Source: Halocafeteria seosinensis (Eukaryota). From it: 61,530 nucleotides of DNA. Below are positions 36,304 to 48,985 of the stretch, one piece after another. The position numbers and the translations under genes were made by a program. Each line of letters starts with the position of its first letter. Positions within the stretch are counted from its first letter, which is position 1. The notes beneath the pieces were generated by a model. The model was not told the origin of the DNA, did no database searches, and saw nothing but the letters and a program-made list of their open reading frames with translations. The DNA lies in assembly GCA_001687465.1 (NCBI GenBank), contig LVLI01000366.1, forward strand, positions 1-61,530. The letters are read 5' to 3'.

Positions 36304-39240
36304 TTAAAACTCTAAATCGGCATCATCAAACTTATTCCTCGCTTCTTGGGTCTGCTTTCCTGAAGGAGAATAGTCAGGAACACTCCCTTCCGATTCGGAG
36401 TCCGAAGAAGACGATGCGTCAACCAGCCCTAAACCGGCACCAAATCCTGGAAGAGTCTTTGGCTTCGTTGCTTCTTCCTTGTCTGCACGCTCATTCTTTG
36501 TGGTGCTCTTCCTGAATGATGAGTTTTTCGATGTTGCTTGGGGAGTGGCCGACGATATGTCAAGAACGGCACTCCTATCCCTGGACTGAGGAGAGCTCCT
36601 TTGGGACTTGCTCTTTGCTGATGGAGACTTTGCAAACGAGCCGAGAGGGAAACCCGCAATGCCACCAGAGCCGAATTCGAAACTAGATCCGGTGTCATCC
36701 TCTTCAGGAAAGCTTTCTTCCTCAGAGTCAGAATGAATTGACGGTTTATCCTCTCCGCTATTAAGCAGCTTCGAAGGTGATGTAATTACGTCTCTATCTC
36801 CCATAGACATCGTAGATGGATGCTGGGACCGTGAAGATGATGCCGCCGAAGAACTAGTTGGGAATTCGTTGCTTCGGGATACAGACGTTTTTGGTTGCGG
36901 GGAGTGGGAACTAGACATGGCCGCCGATCGCGCATATTTCTCTCTTGTCGACCTGTTGGAGGTTTGGCTTTGATCATCATTGCTTACTTCAAACACATCA
37001 TCAATATGCGACATAGAGTATGTTATCGGCGAATCTTCACTAACCGAAGAAGTATTCGCACCTCCATTATCCCCATTGCTGGTTTTAACAATCGTCGAAA
37101 CTGCGAATGAATCCTGCGACGAGGCATGCAAGTGCGTGGCAATAGTTGTATGACTGGAGTTCACTGCAGGAGCTAATTCCGTTGAAAATGACGACGACTT
37201 GCTTGTACCGGTCGTCCTGTTCGCGAATATAGCGTCAGAATCACTTGTTCCGGTAGTACTTGATACACGGGCCCTGCGAGCATCCGGCGTTACAGCCGTA
37301 TTAGAGTATCCTGCATGCTCACTCTCAGAAACCCCCTTCGCGATAGAGAGACTAGGAGATGAGTTCCAATGACTTAATCCAGACTGAAAAGCCAAACCTG
37401 AACTATCTCCGCTATCCATTACCTCCAGTTCTTTGTCAAAGAGTGCGGCTTCTTCGACAGTCGAATCACCTGTTAGTGGCGGAGTTACATTCCCCTTGCT
37501 GTCAATGAGAAGCTTTCCGTCGGCATAAAAACTGACCGCTGCATTCCGTCCAGACAAGAACCCAGTAAGTCTGCGCTGGAAGTTCTTCAGGTTCATTTGC
37601 CGCGTGACGGCAAACTTTGCTGGGCTTCCCTCGGGCTGCTTTACACTTATTACCCAAGCGGAAGGAATACAAGCATACTTTACACCTTCAGGATTATACC
37701 GAACCTGACACTTGAATGGAACGCTGCAACCTTCAGGAACCCTTTTCCATTCGTAAGATGGGACAAAACGGCCAGATGGCTCATCCAAAACTGAACTTGA
37801 GGAGCTTTGAGAGTCAGTCTTAGCAGGAGAAACAGATCTTGCCATGTCTTCAGCGGCGTTTGCTCGCTGCGAAGCCTGTCCGGAAGTAGCCGGCGTCGGA
37901 ATTGGACTGACTGAAGGAGAAATACCAATATGCGCTTCGGTGCTAGTTTCTGTTGGGGGAACAGGAGGTCTGGTGGAGAAGGAGCTCCTGGTGCCCGTTG
38001 GAGCTGCAGCGTGAGTGACGTCTGATCCCATTTGCGTTCCATGTCCCGATACTGAGCTCAAGGGATACGAAACTTCGGTGCCCCATACGCTTGTCCTGGG
38101 CAACGATTCCCCGTCCTGTTGGGTAAGCTTCACCTGCAAAGGAACATCAGCAGTGTCATTGTTGTGCTGCTGCTGCTGCTGTTGCGACTGCGGATCCATC
38201 ATCGATTTTTCTCGGCTCTCGGCGGAGTGTCGAACGACATTGCTTATTTTGGGAAAGGACTCCCTTGCATTGTCTTCATAACCTAAGTCATTTCTATTAT
38301 CTCCGTAAACGGGAGTGTTGGAGGAGCTTGTCGCGAATGTAGTGTTCCGCAGAGCGGTCTCCGTTTCTCGAAACGATACTTCAAGAGAATGGAGTGCACT
38401 GGTAGTATCGTTTGAGTACTCTTGTCGGGATATAGCTTCCTGCGTTTCTCTCAACGCTTTTCTTATTTTATCAATCTCACTACGCAAAGATGCGGAGGAA
38501 GTATCTGCCGTGTCCGACATGAAGTGGTTCTTCAGTTGTTCTAGTTGAGTCCTTTTGTCTTTCAAGTCCTTCTGTAGCTCACGCTCTATCCTTTTCATTT
38601 CATGGTACTCTTGAGTTTGCTTGACAATATTTTCATGTGCTCGGTTAATAGATTCCACACGTTGTTGCTGAACCCTTTCCTTCTGTTTCATCCAATTCGG
38701 ATACTCTTGGGAGACAGTCCTCTGGAACTCATTCTTGGCCTCCTCAAGAGCATGTTTGGCGGGCGAAGTTTCCGCGACTGCACGACATTCGTTCTTGATC
38801 TGATTGACCGTCTCCATGATTTGATTATACCGACGAAGGGCCGTTTCGCGTCTACTCTGTAAAAACTGCATATGTCGTTGAAGCCTCTGTTTTTCGATGC
38901 CTCCAACGTCCATGGTTAATTGCTGCTGAAAATTCATCCGATCTGTTTTCAGGAGGAAAACACAAGCACATTAGACAGATTTTGTACAGCACGTCCCGGG
39001 TCCATCTGGGGTCCGAATATACTGTAAAATGAGCTTACCTTCGAGCAAGGAACGCTGTTTTTCGGCTTCCAACCGACGCATTCTGAACTCATACGCTCTA
39101 TCCTGCAGCGATTCTCCCTCTTCTCCTGCATAGTTCGCATAATTATGAGACGAGGAGCGTGCGTATGGTGAAAAATCCCCGTAAGATGCATTGTAGGGCC
39201 CTTTGTAAGGGCTTGAATAGCCTTGTGAAGACCCCAACAT
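36304..39240 (-). CDS. Coiled-coil, Ser-rich protein with an internal small globular/ubiquitin-like module; 2 exons
   Basis: 877-aa ORF plus upstream exon (MLGSSQGY...QRSLLE|gtaag); N-terminal heptad-rich region, long low-complexity tail. Confidence 0.7.
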
Positions 39241-39613
39241 CAGCCGTTAACTCCTTTGTCGCGCTCCATTCACGGGTTCATTGCCTCCGTGACGCATATA
39301 CTGTGAATATCAAGTGATTTTATCAGTACAACGGAGCAACCATATTCCCTCCGGTACATGTAGCACTAGTAAGGAGCATTCAATGGAAAAAGCCCAACTT
39401 CACAAACGCAGGGGAGCTGCGGAGAAGATGCATGCAGCTCTTTCCCGTGATTATACGACACTCTATGAGGATCGGACATGTCAATTATGTTAGATCTATT
39501 TTATGATTCACCTGTAATGGAAATATCCATCCTTGGAAAGTGTCTAGGGGAGCAGTAATCGGCATGCAAAGACTCTAGCGGACTACCCTGAGGGAGGTCT
39601 TCACTGGTATATC

Positions 39614-41554
39614 ATGGGTAAATACGATGATTACAAGGCCCAATACGACCCAGATCGCAAGACACTATTGTACAATGAGCCCTCGAACGGGATAGTTACT
39701 TTGAGACTCATCATATCGACCATAGTGAGCTTATTTGGCTCATTCCAGTACGGATGTAAGCATGGAATACGGGGTACTTGGAGCTATTTTCACGCTATTG
39801 TGAGTGTTTACTCCTCTCTGCAGGGCATACCGGCGTCGTCAATCTCATCAGTGGCCGTGTCCAAAAGGATCTGCACATCGGACACGTAGAATGGGGGGTC
39901 GCGGTGGGTATCTTTTGCGTGGGAGGCCTCGTGGGAGCTTCTAGTATATCCAACTTTGCCGACAAAATAGGACGAAAGAAGGCTTTAACCCTCAACAGTA
40001 TCAATTTTGTCATCGCGGGCACACTGCAGTTTGTTTCAGGAGCGATACAAGAGAAGCATCATGCGGCGTACGGAATTCTGTTAGTGTCACGAATAATTGC
40101 CGGAATTGGCTGTGGAGCAGCAACCGTAGTAGTTCCAATGTACTTGGGGGAAGTTGCCAACAAAAATTTAAGAGGGGCATTCGGTGCTCTGAATCAGTTT
40201 GCGGTGGTCGTTGGACTCTTGATTTCCCAGCTCATTAGCACTGGGTTAGGTGGGAATTCCACCTGGAAGTGGCTGCTATCGATATCAGGGTTTCTGGGTT
40301 TACTCCAGGTGGCACTTGGAGTTGTGCTCCTAGAGAGTCCAAAGTGGTTGGCAACGAAAAATCGCTTAGAGCAAGCGAAAGAGACGTTGGTTTACTTCCG
40401 AGACTATTCTGAAGATGATGCTGACGCAGAATTAGATGAAATCATGCTTACTGCTGGAAAGTGTAAGTGTTGTGTACCAAGGTTCTTGATATTATTTATT
40501 TGCTTTTTATGTATGCATCCTATCTATACTTATATTAACAGCACTGGGGAAGGAGAAACCGTCATTCTATTCGATTGCGACAAACATGTCGCTACGAAAG
40601 CCACTCGTAGCCGCTATTGTCCTTACAATCTCCCAGCAACTAAGCGGGATTAACGCTGTTTTCTACTACAGTGGTACATTCTTTAAGGTGCGTGTCCTTG
40701 TTATTCATAGGCTTTAGCACTCGTAGTATAGATTTGTTTTGCTTTTGCAGGAAGCCGGAACTTCTTCGACTTTGGGAACGTTACTTGCCTCCGCGGTTAA
40801 TGTACTCGCAATGGGTGTGGCTGTTCAGTTGATGGAAAAAGCAGGAAGACGACGCCTCCTTCTCAGCGGCTCAATGGGGATGTGTATATCAGCTCTGTTG
40901 ATTGTCATTGTGATGTCTATACGAGTAAGACCAAAGCTGATTTACAATTGACAATCCTTTGGCCCCTGAAAAATTTCTGCATTACTACAGAAAGAGGAAC
41001 AAAGCGTGGAAAAGCCATTGGGCTATGTCATAATTGTTTTGATTCTGTCATTTGTTTCTTTTTTTGAAGTTGGACTTGGGGCTATTCCATGGCAAATTGG
41101 TGGCGAGATTTTTCCGGATGGACCGCGCGCAACTGCAATGAGTAAGATTTTGACTTTTGGATCTACGTACTCCGATTGAATAGATGATATCTCCCCCATA
41201 TTTTGCTCAGGTGCTGCGGCTATGTTCAACTGGATAAGCAACGGGATAATCGCCGTGGTGTTTCCCGTTATGGTTACACGCATGGAAGAGTTCACATTCT
41301 TACCATTTGTCGTTGTCCTATTCTTAAATTGGCTTTATACGTATCGAATCGTCCCAGAGACCAAAGGGAGAACAATTGCTGAGATTTTGGAAGCGTTCCA
41401 TGGATACACACCGTTGACTACAGCGGGACGCAACCAAACCAAGAGCGTAAACTCCAAATCCGTGGAGGATCCTGACTTCCTGGAACCTCAATCAACGTAT
41501 ACGAGTCGTGAGGAAGGTGACACTGATTTCAAGTTTAGCGAACCTGATGAGTGA
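39614..41554 (+). CDS. MFS sugar porter (GLUT/SLC2A-like) hexose transporter, multi-exon
   Basis: GSFQYG, DKIGRK, VPMYLGE, RGAFG, ESPKWL, QQLSGINAVFYYS, MEKAGRR, GLGAIPW, VPETKGRT motifs. Confidence 0.92.
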
Positions 41555-42083
41555 GACCAGAAGTGATCGTAGAATGATTTAAGGTGACTATCAATCGGAT
41601 CGTATAAGAAGTATATATGAACGATCCTATTCCCACGGTGTTTCTGCACTCAACTAATATTCCACTTTCAGGTCTCTACCCTCTACTTGGCTCTCCGTAC
41701 TCACAACTTTAGTCTTTAGTCACAACAAGCGGCTGGTGAATATAAGTTTGTAATTTCAGATTTTGTAGTAGCCCTCTAGGTCCAGTAATCGTTGACCTTA
41801 GCACACTTGTTCAGGTTCTTCCCATCTCAACGTGAAGGGTTTCATACGGTCTGTAACTTCCAGGCACATATGCCCACCTTCACACCCTCAATAGTTAACG
41901 GCGGAAAATACAGGCCACTTACACGAAGCAGAAGTGTTTGATACGAAAGGCAGCAGGCCAGTATTGCCTCCTTTCTAGTAACTCGTGGAAACGGTGTCGC
42001 TCGTTGGTACATGTATCTGACGAAACTCTGTTGGAGTTGCATTCCGACATGAATTCAGGTTTCAGGTGATACAGAGAGGGATA

Positions 42084-45000
42084 ATGAAGCAACACAGTTT
42101 CTCCTACTTATTCTCATTTTTCTTTGTTTCATATGTCGAAGTCCTGTTGGGAAGTGCACGCTTTCATGAGTCTTTGGTTTGGGAGGATAACATTTGCGCA
42201 GCGAACCGCACCTCTAGCTCCCCAGTGAGCAGGGTTATGATTGAACATCCAGGGCTTGGTAACAATTCCCCCATACACACATTTCAGACTAGGTTGCAGA
42301 CCAGCAACAGCGTTTTTCCAATGCCGGCATGGTACAAATTCGAGTCGGTTGTGGAGAACGGGACAACGACTTCAGGAAGCATCTGTGCTGCGGACCTGTC
42401 CAACAGAGACCATCCTTTTAACCTCGATAATCTACAGGCATGGCATTTGAGTAGTAGCAACAGCACGGTAACATTCTGGAATGTAAGCTTGTCACGGAAG
42501 TCAGGGAGAAAAGACGACTGCAGTAATTATCTCGTTGATGTAGGGTTCTACGCTAATTTCAGTTCCTTTGAAGAGAACATTGAGGAAGGATTTGACTTAA
42601 ACGAAACTGTTCACAAAAGTTGCGACAATGTTGATACGGATGGACTATACCTTATTGATCCCTCCGGAAGAGGGGATAGTGCCAGAGCTTTTTGGGTGCG
42701 GTGCAGGAATGGGTTTACGGAAATCACCCAACAAACAGCTAGGTATTTTCTGAACGGAACGTTATCATGGAACGGCGATGTGCAAGGCTCTGGTTATATC
42801 GATGAAGTCAAACCGTACACAGTTGATGGAGCCGGTGATCATTATGCTCACTTTGATATATCGGTTCCGTTTGGATTCACCCAGTTCTATCTGGAGGGGT
42901 TTCGGATCAGGGCTACATCCTACATGGGTGGTGCTTCTGCTTCTTTGCACAAATCTGACATACGAGTCAGTCGCGTCTTACATACTGACGAGTTTTATGA
43001 TGCATGGGAGCCAATAGATGGAAGCTCGCATCTCTTGGCATCCCCTCACGGTGATTTTGCGTTCGGAGCTGCTACAGAGAGAGGCCCGACCACCAGTTAC
43101 TCTCGCTATCAAACGGTCCATTCGTATGCTGATATTCATGAATTCGCAGGAAATGGCGTTATGTTTAGTGTGTCGTTATCCAATAAGTTTCGACTGCTTT
43201 GGGGAGAAACTGGAGAAGAGCACGAGGGCTGGGCCTGGTGGAGCGGGTCAATTTGGGTCCGAAATGTGCCTCAGCGAGCTGCAGTATACAAAAGATGCGA
43301 GTTTGTCCCGTGGGATGGCGTGTACTTGATCGGCCCACTTGGGCAGGGGACACCGTTTCGAACTCACTGCCGGGATGGATTTATGAAAATCACGCAACAA
43401 ATGGCCCGGTGGATTCTTAATGCGACATTGTCGTGGTCCGGTGACGTTAAGAAATCGGGCTTCATTGATGGGAAGCGGCCTTTTACACTCGACGGTCAGG
43501 GCGACCACTACGCACACTATGATATTCTAATTCCCTTCGGCTACACGGAATTCTTCCTCGAAAACTTTAATATTTCACCAGCATTTCGGTCCGTCATGAA
43601 ATCATCAAAACAAACTATTTAACATCAGGTCCGCGGCTTATAAAGAAGACCCCGAGGCGACGTCGGAAATTGCCGAGGGTGCGTTCTACACACAGTGGAC
43701 TCAGAGAGGGACATCGGGTTTTCACGGTGACTTTGCATTTGGCAGCCCCGACGAAAAAGGTCCGTGGACAAGTTTTGGACGCTATCAAAGTATTTCTGAT
43801 TCCTCTGACGGGATTCATAGGTTTCATGGCAACGAAATTGTTTTCAAAGTTGTACACTCGAGGGCTTTTCGGCTTCATTTGGGAGACTGGGGAGGAGCTC
43901 CGGAGGTAATTAGTCACCCTGAAGGGTGGATTTGGTGGCAAGGCTCCATTTGGATTCGAGATGCTTCCATTCATGACCGAGTCTATCGGAGCTGCGAGGA
44001 GGTTCCCGTGGACGGAACGTACCTTCTAAATCCGTTTGAGGAAGACCTTATAGATCCGCTGAGCAAGAGCAGGAAAAGAGAGTTTCGGACGCGCTGTAGA
44101 AATGGCTATACGGAGGTCACCCAACGCTTGGCAGAGTATTCACTAAATGCAACACTTACTTGCGGAGATAAAGTTAAACAATGTGACTTCTTTGACAGAG
44201 TGACACCATACATAAATGGTTCCGCACCTGTTGTCGAGAGACGTCCAGCATACTTTATTCACTATGACATACCAATTCCATTTGGATATACCCAGTTCTA
44301 TTTGGAGGACTTCGATATTAAGTCATTAAGGGTTAATACAGTAGAAATTGGTGTCAAAGGAGCACCATCCCCAGTGTATACGGAATGGAACCAGACGAGT
44401 CTTTTGACGACCACCGGAGTGTGTTGCACCGGAGATTTTGCATTCGGAAACCCTAGAGATAATGGTCCAATTACAAGTTATGCACGGTATCAGTCAACGA
44501 GTGGGCAGGCTACGATCCACAGGTTCAAAGGTAGTGGAACGGTGTTCAGAACCTCGCATTCGAACGTGTTTCGACTGCACTCGGGAGGAGATAAACCAAG
44601 TGGATGGGGATGGTGGAACGGTTCAATTTGGCTCAAGAACTCTAAGCATGGAGGGCTCATGGTTTCGTCTATATTAGGACGCGATTCGTGCTCCTTTCAA
44701 TTGCAAAAACGCTGCATAAATTACAGTGGATCGATTTCCCCTTCTGTCCCTGCAGTAACTTTGGCTGCCGCTCCCACATCTTTGGCGACTACGTCTTCTG
44801 CACCCGAGCATCTAGCCACTCCTCCGTGTACGCATCTACCTACTACAAGTACACCCTCTGCTTCTGTATCCAGTCCTACAGCGGCCGCAAAGTATCTGTC
44901 CCCATCAGCAAGTGTGCTCGGGAAAACACCAGCACCATCAAGTGGAATTACATCAGCGACATCCGCATCAACAGCGACCGGATCTTCCCTTCCCTCTTCA

Positions 45001-45183
45001 GCCAACAATGAGACAGTAGAACCCTCACTACTCGACAGGTCGAGTGGTACTCCAACCCTCACTGGCTACCCCACTGACTGGCAAAGCGATGGTATACCTC
45101 TGCTGCGCCCAAATGAACACAGATATAGGTGGTTAGCTGTGCAGATTCCATCTAGAAGCGTCCATCGAAGGAAGAAAAGGTAA
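42084..45183 (+). CDS. Secreted protein with three tandem ~220-aa repeats and an S/T/P-rich tail, interrupted once at ~43570-43628
   Basis: Hydrophobic N-terminus; repeats start near 42609, 43284, 43981 (xC..V..DG.YL..P....F...CR.G.T..TQ) and end W.WW.GSIW; frame changes inside repeat 2. Confidence 0.75.
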
Positions 45184-45589
45184 TTAATGTAATATGGGAA
45201 CATTCAACTTTTATCGAAGGGTATTTTTAGGCAGGGTATTGGAGTTGAGCTTCAATATGAAGAAGCTGAAGAGATGCTGAATATTGACAACATGAATCAA
45301 GCATCTGATGCTGGTCGTCAACAGCTTCGAAATATGCCAGGTCGCAGCTAAGTACCGGGGACGCAATTAGAGCGGCTGAACATACCATACCAGGCGGTGT
45401 GAGTTACTGCGGTTACAAATCACACGGCGAACAAAGAGGGATTAACGGTGTTGTAAATAATGAACAAAGTTTAATTGTTGTTGTTCTAAGGATCTACGAC
45501 GGCATAACAGATACAACTACAAGTTGTACAATGTACAACTAGGTAGCTCATGGAGTGCGTTCGAGTTCTGGACCTCGCACCACCCCTCC

Positions 45590-45885
45590 ATTCCAGGCCA
45601 TTCTCTTATATTGTACATTGGGATTTCTAGTGTTTTAGTAGAGGGAAATAGAGGATTTGATTACTCTAGCACCGTGACATGTCACATGGGAAACAGTATC
45701 TGCGGAACCAAGAAAAAAACACCTAGCTATTCGGGACTAAGTCTGCTTGTCCCCTTTGTGTGGATGCGCTCATCTAAACATTTCAGGCCAGTGTTTACTC
45801 CCCTGTAACGCGCGGCTTGTTGACAAATGGATGGTATGAACTTGAGTCTGTAGTAGACAACGACGTCGTTGACCCCGGATTCCCT
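45590..45885 (+). pseudogene. Truncated paralogue of the 5' end of the triple-repeat gene
   Basis: I*TFQASVYSPVTRGLLTNGWYELESVVDN vs IHTFQTRLQTSNSVFPMPAWYKFESVVEN; NSICGT vs DNICAA. Confidence 0.55.
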
Positions 45886-45929
45886 ACACCAAGCGGACAA
45901 AATACGGGCACCTGAAGGACCACCACACG

Positions 45930-47870
45930 GAAATTACATTGTATCCCGTTCGCGATAGAGACGACGGTACCCCGGATGGAAGTTTCCTACCTCCGCTGGT
46001 AAGGGTGCTCTGTATTTCGTGTGCCCCTGGAACATTAAGTCACTGCGGTTTTGGGGAGTGAATGCCGCTTTTGGTATGTGATAAGCGCGAAAAATCCAGC
46101 AATACCTCGGTTCATGACGTAAGATGTGTTTTACCAAAATTTACGTCAAATGTGCTTCGGATGGTTCCGTGATCCCCAATTCTTTGCGACTAGCACGCTC
46201 AATCGCGTCATACATACATGGTACATCCTCTTTAGGCCACATCATATGGCCCACCTGTTACACATGACATTCAACCTGGTGTCAAGAATACCGGTATGTT
46301 ACATAGAGCTAGTCGCTATGAATTCATCGGACACTATTTGGGATACATAAGCTTTTGTATCTGTTCACAAAAGTGCGAAGTACCTTACAGTACCCATGGT
46401 ATTGTATGGTATGTCACGCTGGACCACTCAGTTTTTGACGATTCTTCAACTGAACGGCGCTGTGACTCAGCCTGTGAGACTCAGTGTCGGCAGCCCAGTG
46501 CGGCTATGATTCACATAGAGCTACCTAATAAACAATGCTCCCACTACTTACTTGCTGTCATCCTTCTAGATTCATTCTACTTTATGACAGTACAGGCGTC
46601 GCTCTATACTACCTACCTACAGTGCTGTGTGCTGTAATGACCGAGAGACCCTTCCGCTCGCTCATCAAACACGAAGAGTTTTTGCTGTTAGGATGCCTCC
46701 TGATCTTTCTTGAAGAATCATGGGGGAGCGTAAGATTCGAAGACTACATGTATGAGATTACCGACGTGAAATGGGAAGACAGTGTCTGCAGACCAACTTC
46801 AAAGTCTTCATTTAAACTGAGTGTTCAGGAAGCGTTAGGATTTCTGCGAGCAACATACAAAGACAGTAAAAGTGTAACCATGTCTTACCTCCGCGGTCCG
46901 TAGGTATCACTGGGAGGTTCCACTTGCCAGCCACACCCACACTCCTGGCTCTCCAGTGGAGTTCCCACCCCAGCCTCTGGATCATGATTTCCACTGCATG
47001 CACTAGAAAAGTTATTGACATACACGTAAAGGAAGACAGAGTTCAACAATCTTCCCAACCTCGCGCCTCCATGGATGGTATTTCCGAAACGTGACAATTG
47101 CTGATCAAGCTGATCGTTTTCCTGAGTGGCGTTGAATAAACCAATTTCCGTGTCGCGATTTCGTCTGCATGCACTCATGGAAAGGCTTGAGCCTTTGATC
47201 ATACGACTGGCACACTTGAAGAGTTCAGCTACCTTACCTGTCACCCTCGCAAATCAACAAGCTGTCGGCCTTGTTCCCCTTCACGCAGAGTTCCGTTGAC
47301 GAACTGAAATAAGCAAAATCTCTTCGAGGTCCGTAGTGTGCTCCATAGTGATTCCCTAGCAGATAGAGAAACTTACGTAGGTAAACGCAATCCACGGTAA
47401 TCAGCAGGGACGCCACACTCATGTACAAAGTTCTCACATTGCCTACTACACATGGTACCACACACAGCTGGATTTCATCCTAAACTCCAAATTAAATAAC
47501 TGATTTATGCATTTAACCGTATGCGCTACTAGAAGTCTTCGGAGTTGTTGCAATGTCAACTTGCATCTCGGTCAAGCGGCCAGCGAGTCGCAGCGACCGG
47601 CCACGGGACGCCCTGGACGTCCTGGACTCCTGGTGGGACGGCCGAGCCAAGACCCCTCGACACCCGGGACACACTTCCAAAACACCATAAACGGGGATGG
47701 ATATACACTGTATTATACAGGGAAGGCGGTCCCGGGTCAAACATTGGGTAGTCACTCCCGGGGCTCGAAATGAAGGCCAAACAGTTAAAAGATTTATAAG
47801 CTTTCCTAAGCAAGTCAATGGGTTTGTCGATTAGCGATTCTTCCAAAGAAGAGTCAAACTTGTATGTGAA
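45930..47870 (-). mobile_element. Highly degenerate Penelope-like reverse transcriptase
   Basis: Correctly ordered minus-strand motifs: GVPW.PVAAT, VVGNVRTLYMSV (motif A-like), LYVYVNNF (YxDD-like), ILDTRL, WGSRNHPKHI (PLE thumb S.HP.H). Confidence 0.5.
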
Positions 47871-48879
47871 CACGCCATAATTTGTTGTACGTTAGATTGA
47901 GGTTTATGATATGAAGTCAGAAATAGTAGTACAATTGTAAAAAAAAGGAAGGAAAAAGATATGCTGTACATGTAACGGGCGGATACGCTCAAGAACTGGT
48001 TAAAACAACCTACTTCCACGTTTCCGCCTCTTTGCTCGGGCATATTGAACGCGGGATCGTGACCGCGCGCTCTTTACAACTTGACCAGGGATTTCCATTT
48101 GGTAGAAAGCAACAATGATAATGCATCATGCACCATCCATTCTGAACAAACAAGGTCTGCCAATATATTCGAAGCCGTAGACGCAACCTTCACCGAGAGA
48201 TGCGGAGCTACTTGTGGGATGCCGCCAGAAAAGCTTACAGGCTCGTGTACTTTGGAAGAACCATCAGTATACATTGCCATTGTTATGAGGACTTAATCAA
48301 GAGGATGCAAGCGACATGGTTTCCCTAGTGCAGCAATTCCCAGATTTCAGGAAGTGGCAGCTATGTTTAGGCAAACGAATGAAAGCACATTTGTTATACG
48401 CAGTGATGTCAACCAGAGGCAGAGGGTGGGCATAATCAAATGGTGTGTCAAGGTGACTCAAGGCCTCTTCTTGGCGTGATGAACATCCGTCACGTGACGT
48501 CATGTCATTGATGTCAACTTGTCAAGGATAACAGCCCTGAGCCTCCATGAGTCACCAGCGACGCCCAGCCAGCGTCTTCTCCCTTGCGCCCCCAGGATAT
48601 CATCTCGCAACTAAACAAACTCCCGTGCTTATCTTTCTTCGCCTCTGGAATCTACCACAAAAGGAATGATGAATTTTAGCTGTACGTAAAGAACGCCCAG
48701 AAGTTCCTAGGGACGAAGTTGCTCCGCGCTCGGCTCAAAGTCTTCAGCAAATTCCTAGGGGCTTACCGCTCAGTTTGGGGTGTCTCAAAATCAAGCTTCG
48801 GTAGCTTCACACCGTGAGCCTCCACGGCGTAATCACGCCCAAGTTCGCAGGTTTTGCCATCTTGGTATACCTGTACTGT

Positions 48880-48985
48880 GGCTAAATGGTGGTGTATTAT
48901 GGCCTACTGGCTAAGTAGTACCAATTAGAGAATCTTCACATCGCGGAAGATCTTCTCAGGGCACCGCTGCATTGCTTACTCCTAC
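48880..48985 (-). repeat. Repeat family B degenerate copy
   Basis: gtgtattatggcctactggctaag...atcttcacatcgcggaagatcttctcagggcacc matches 22275-22355. Confidence 0.7.
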
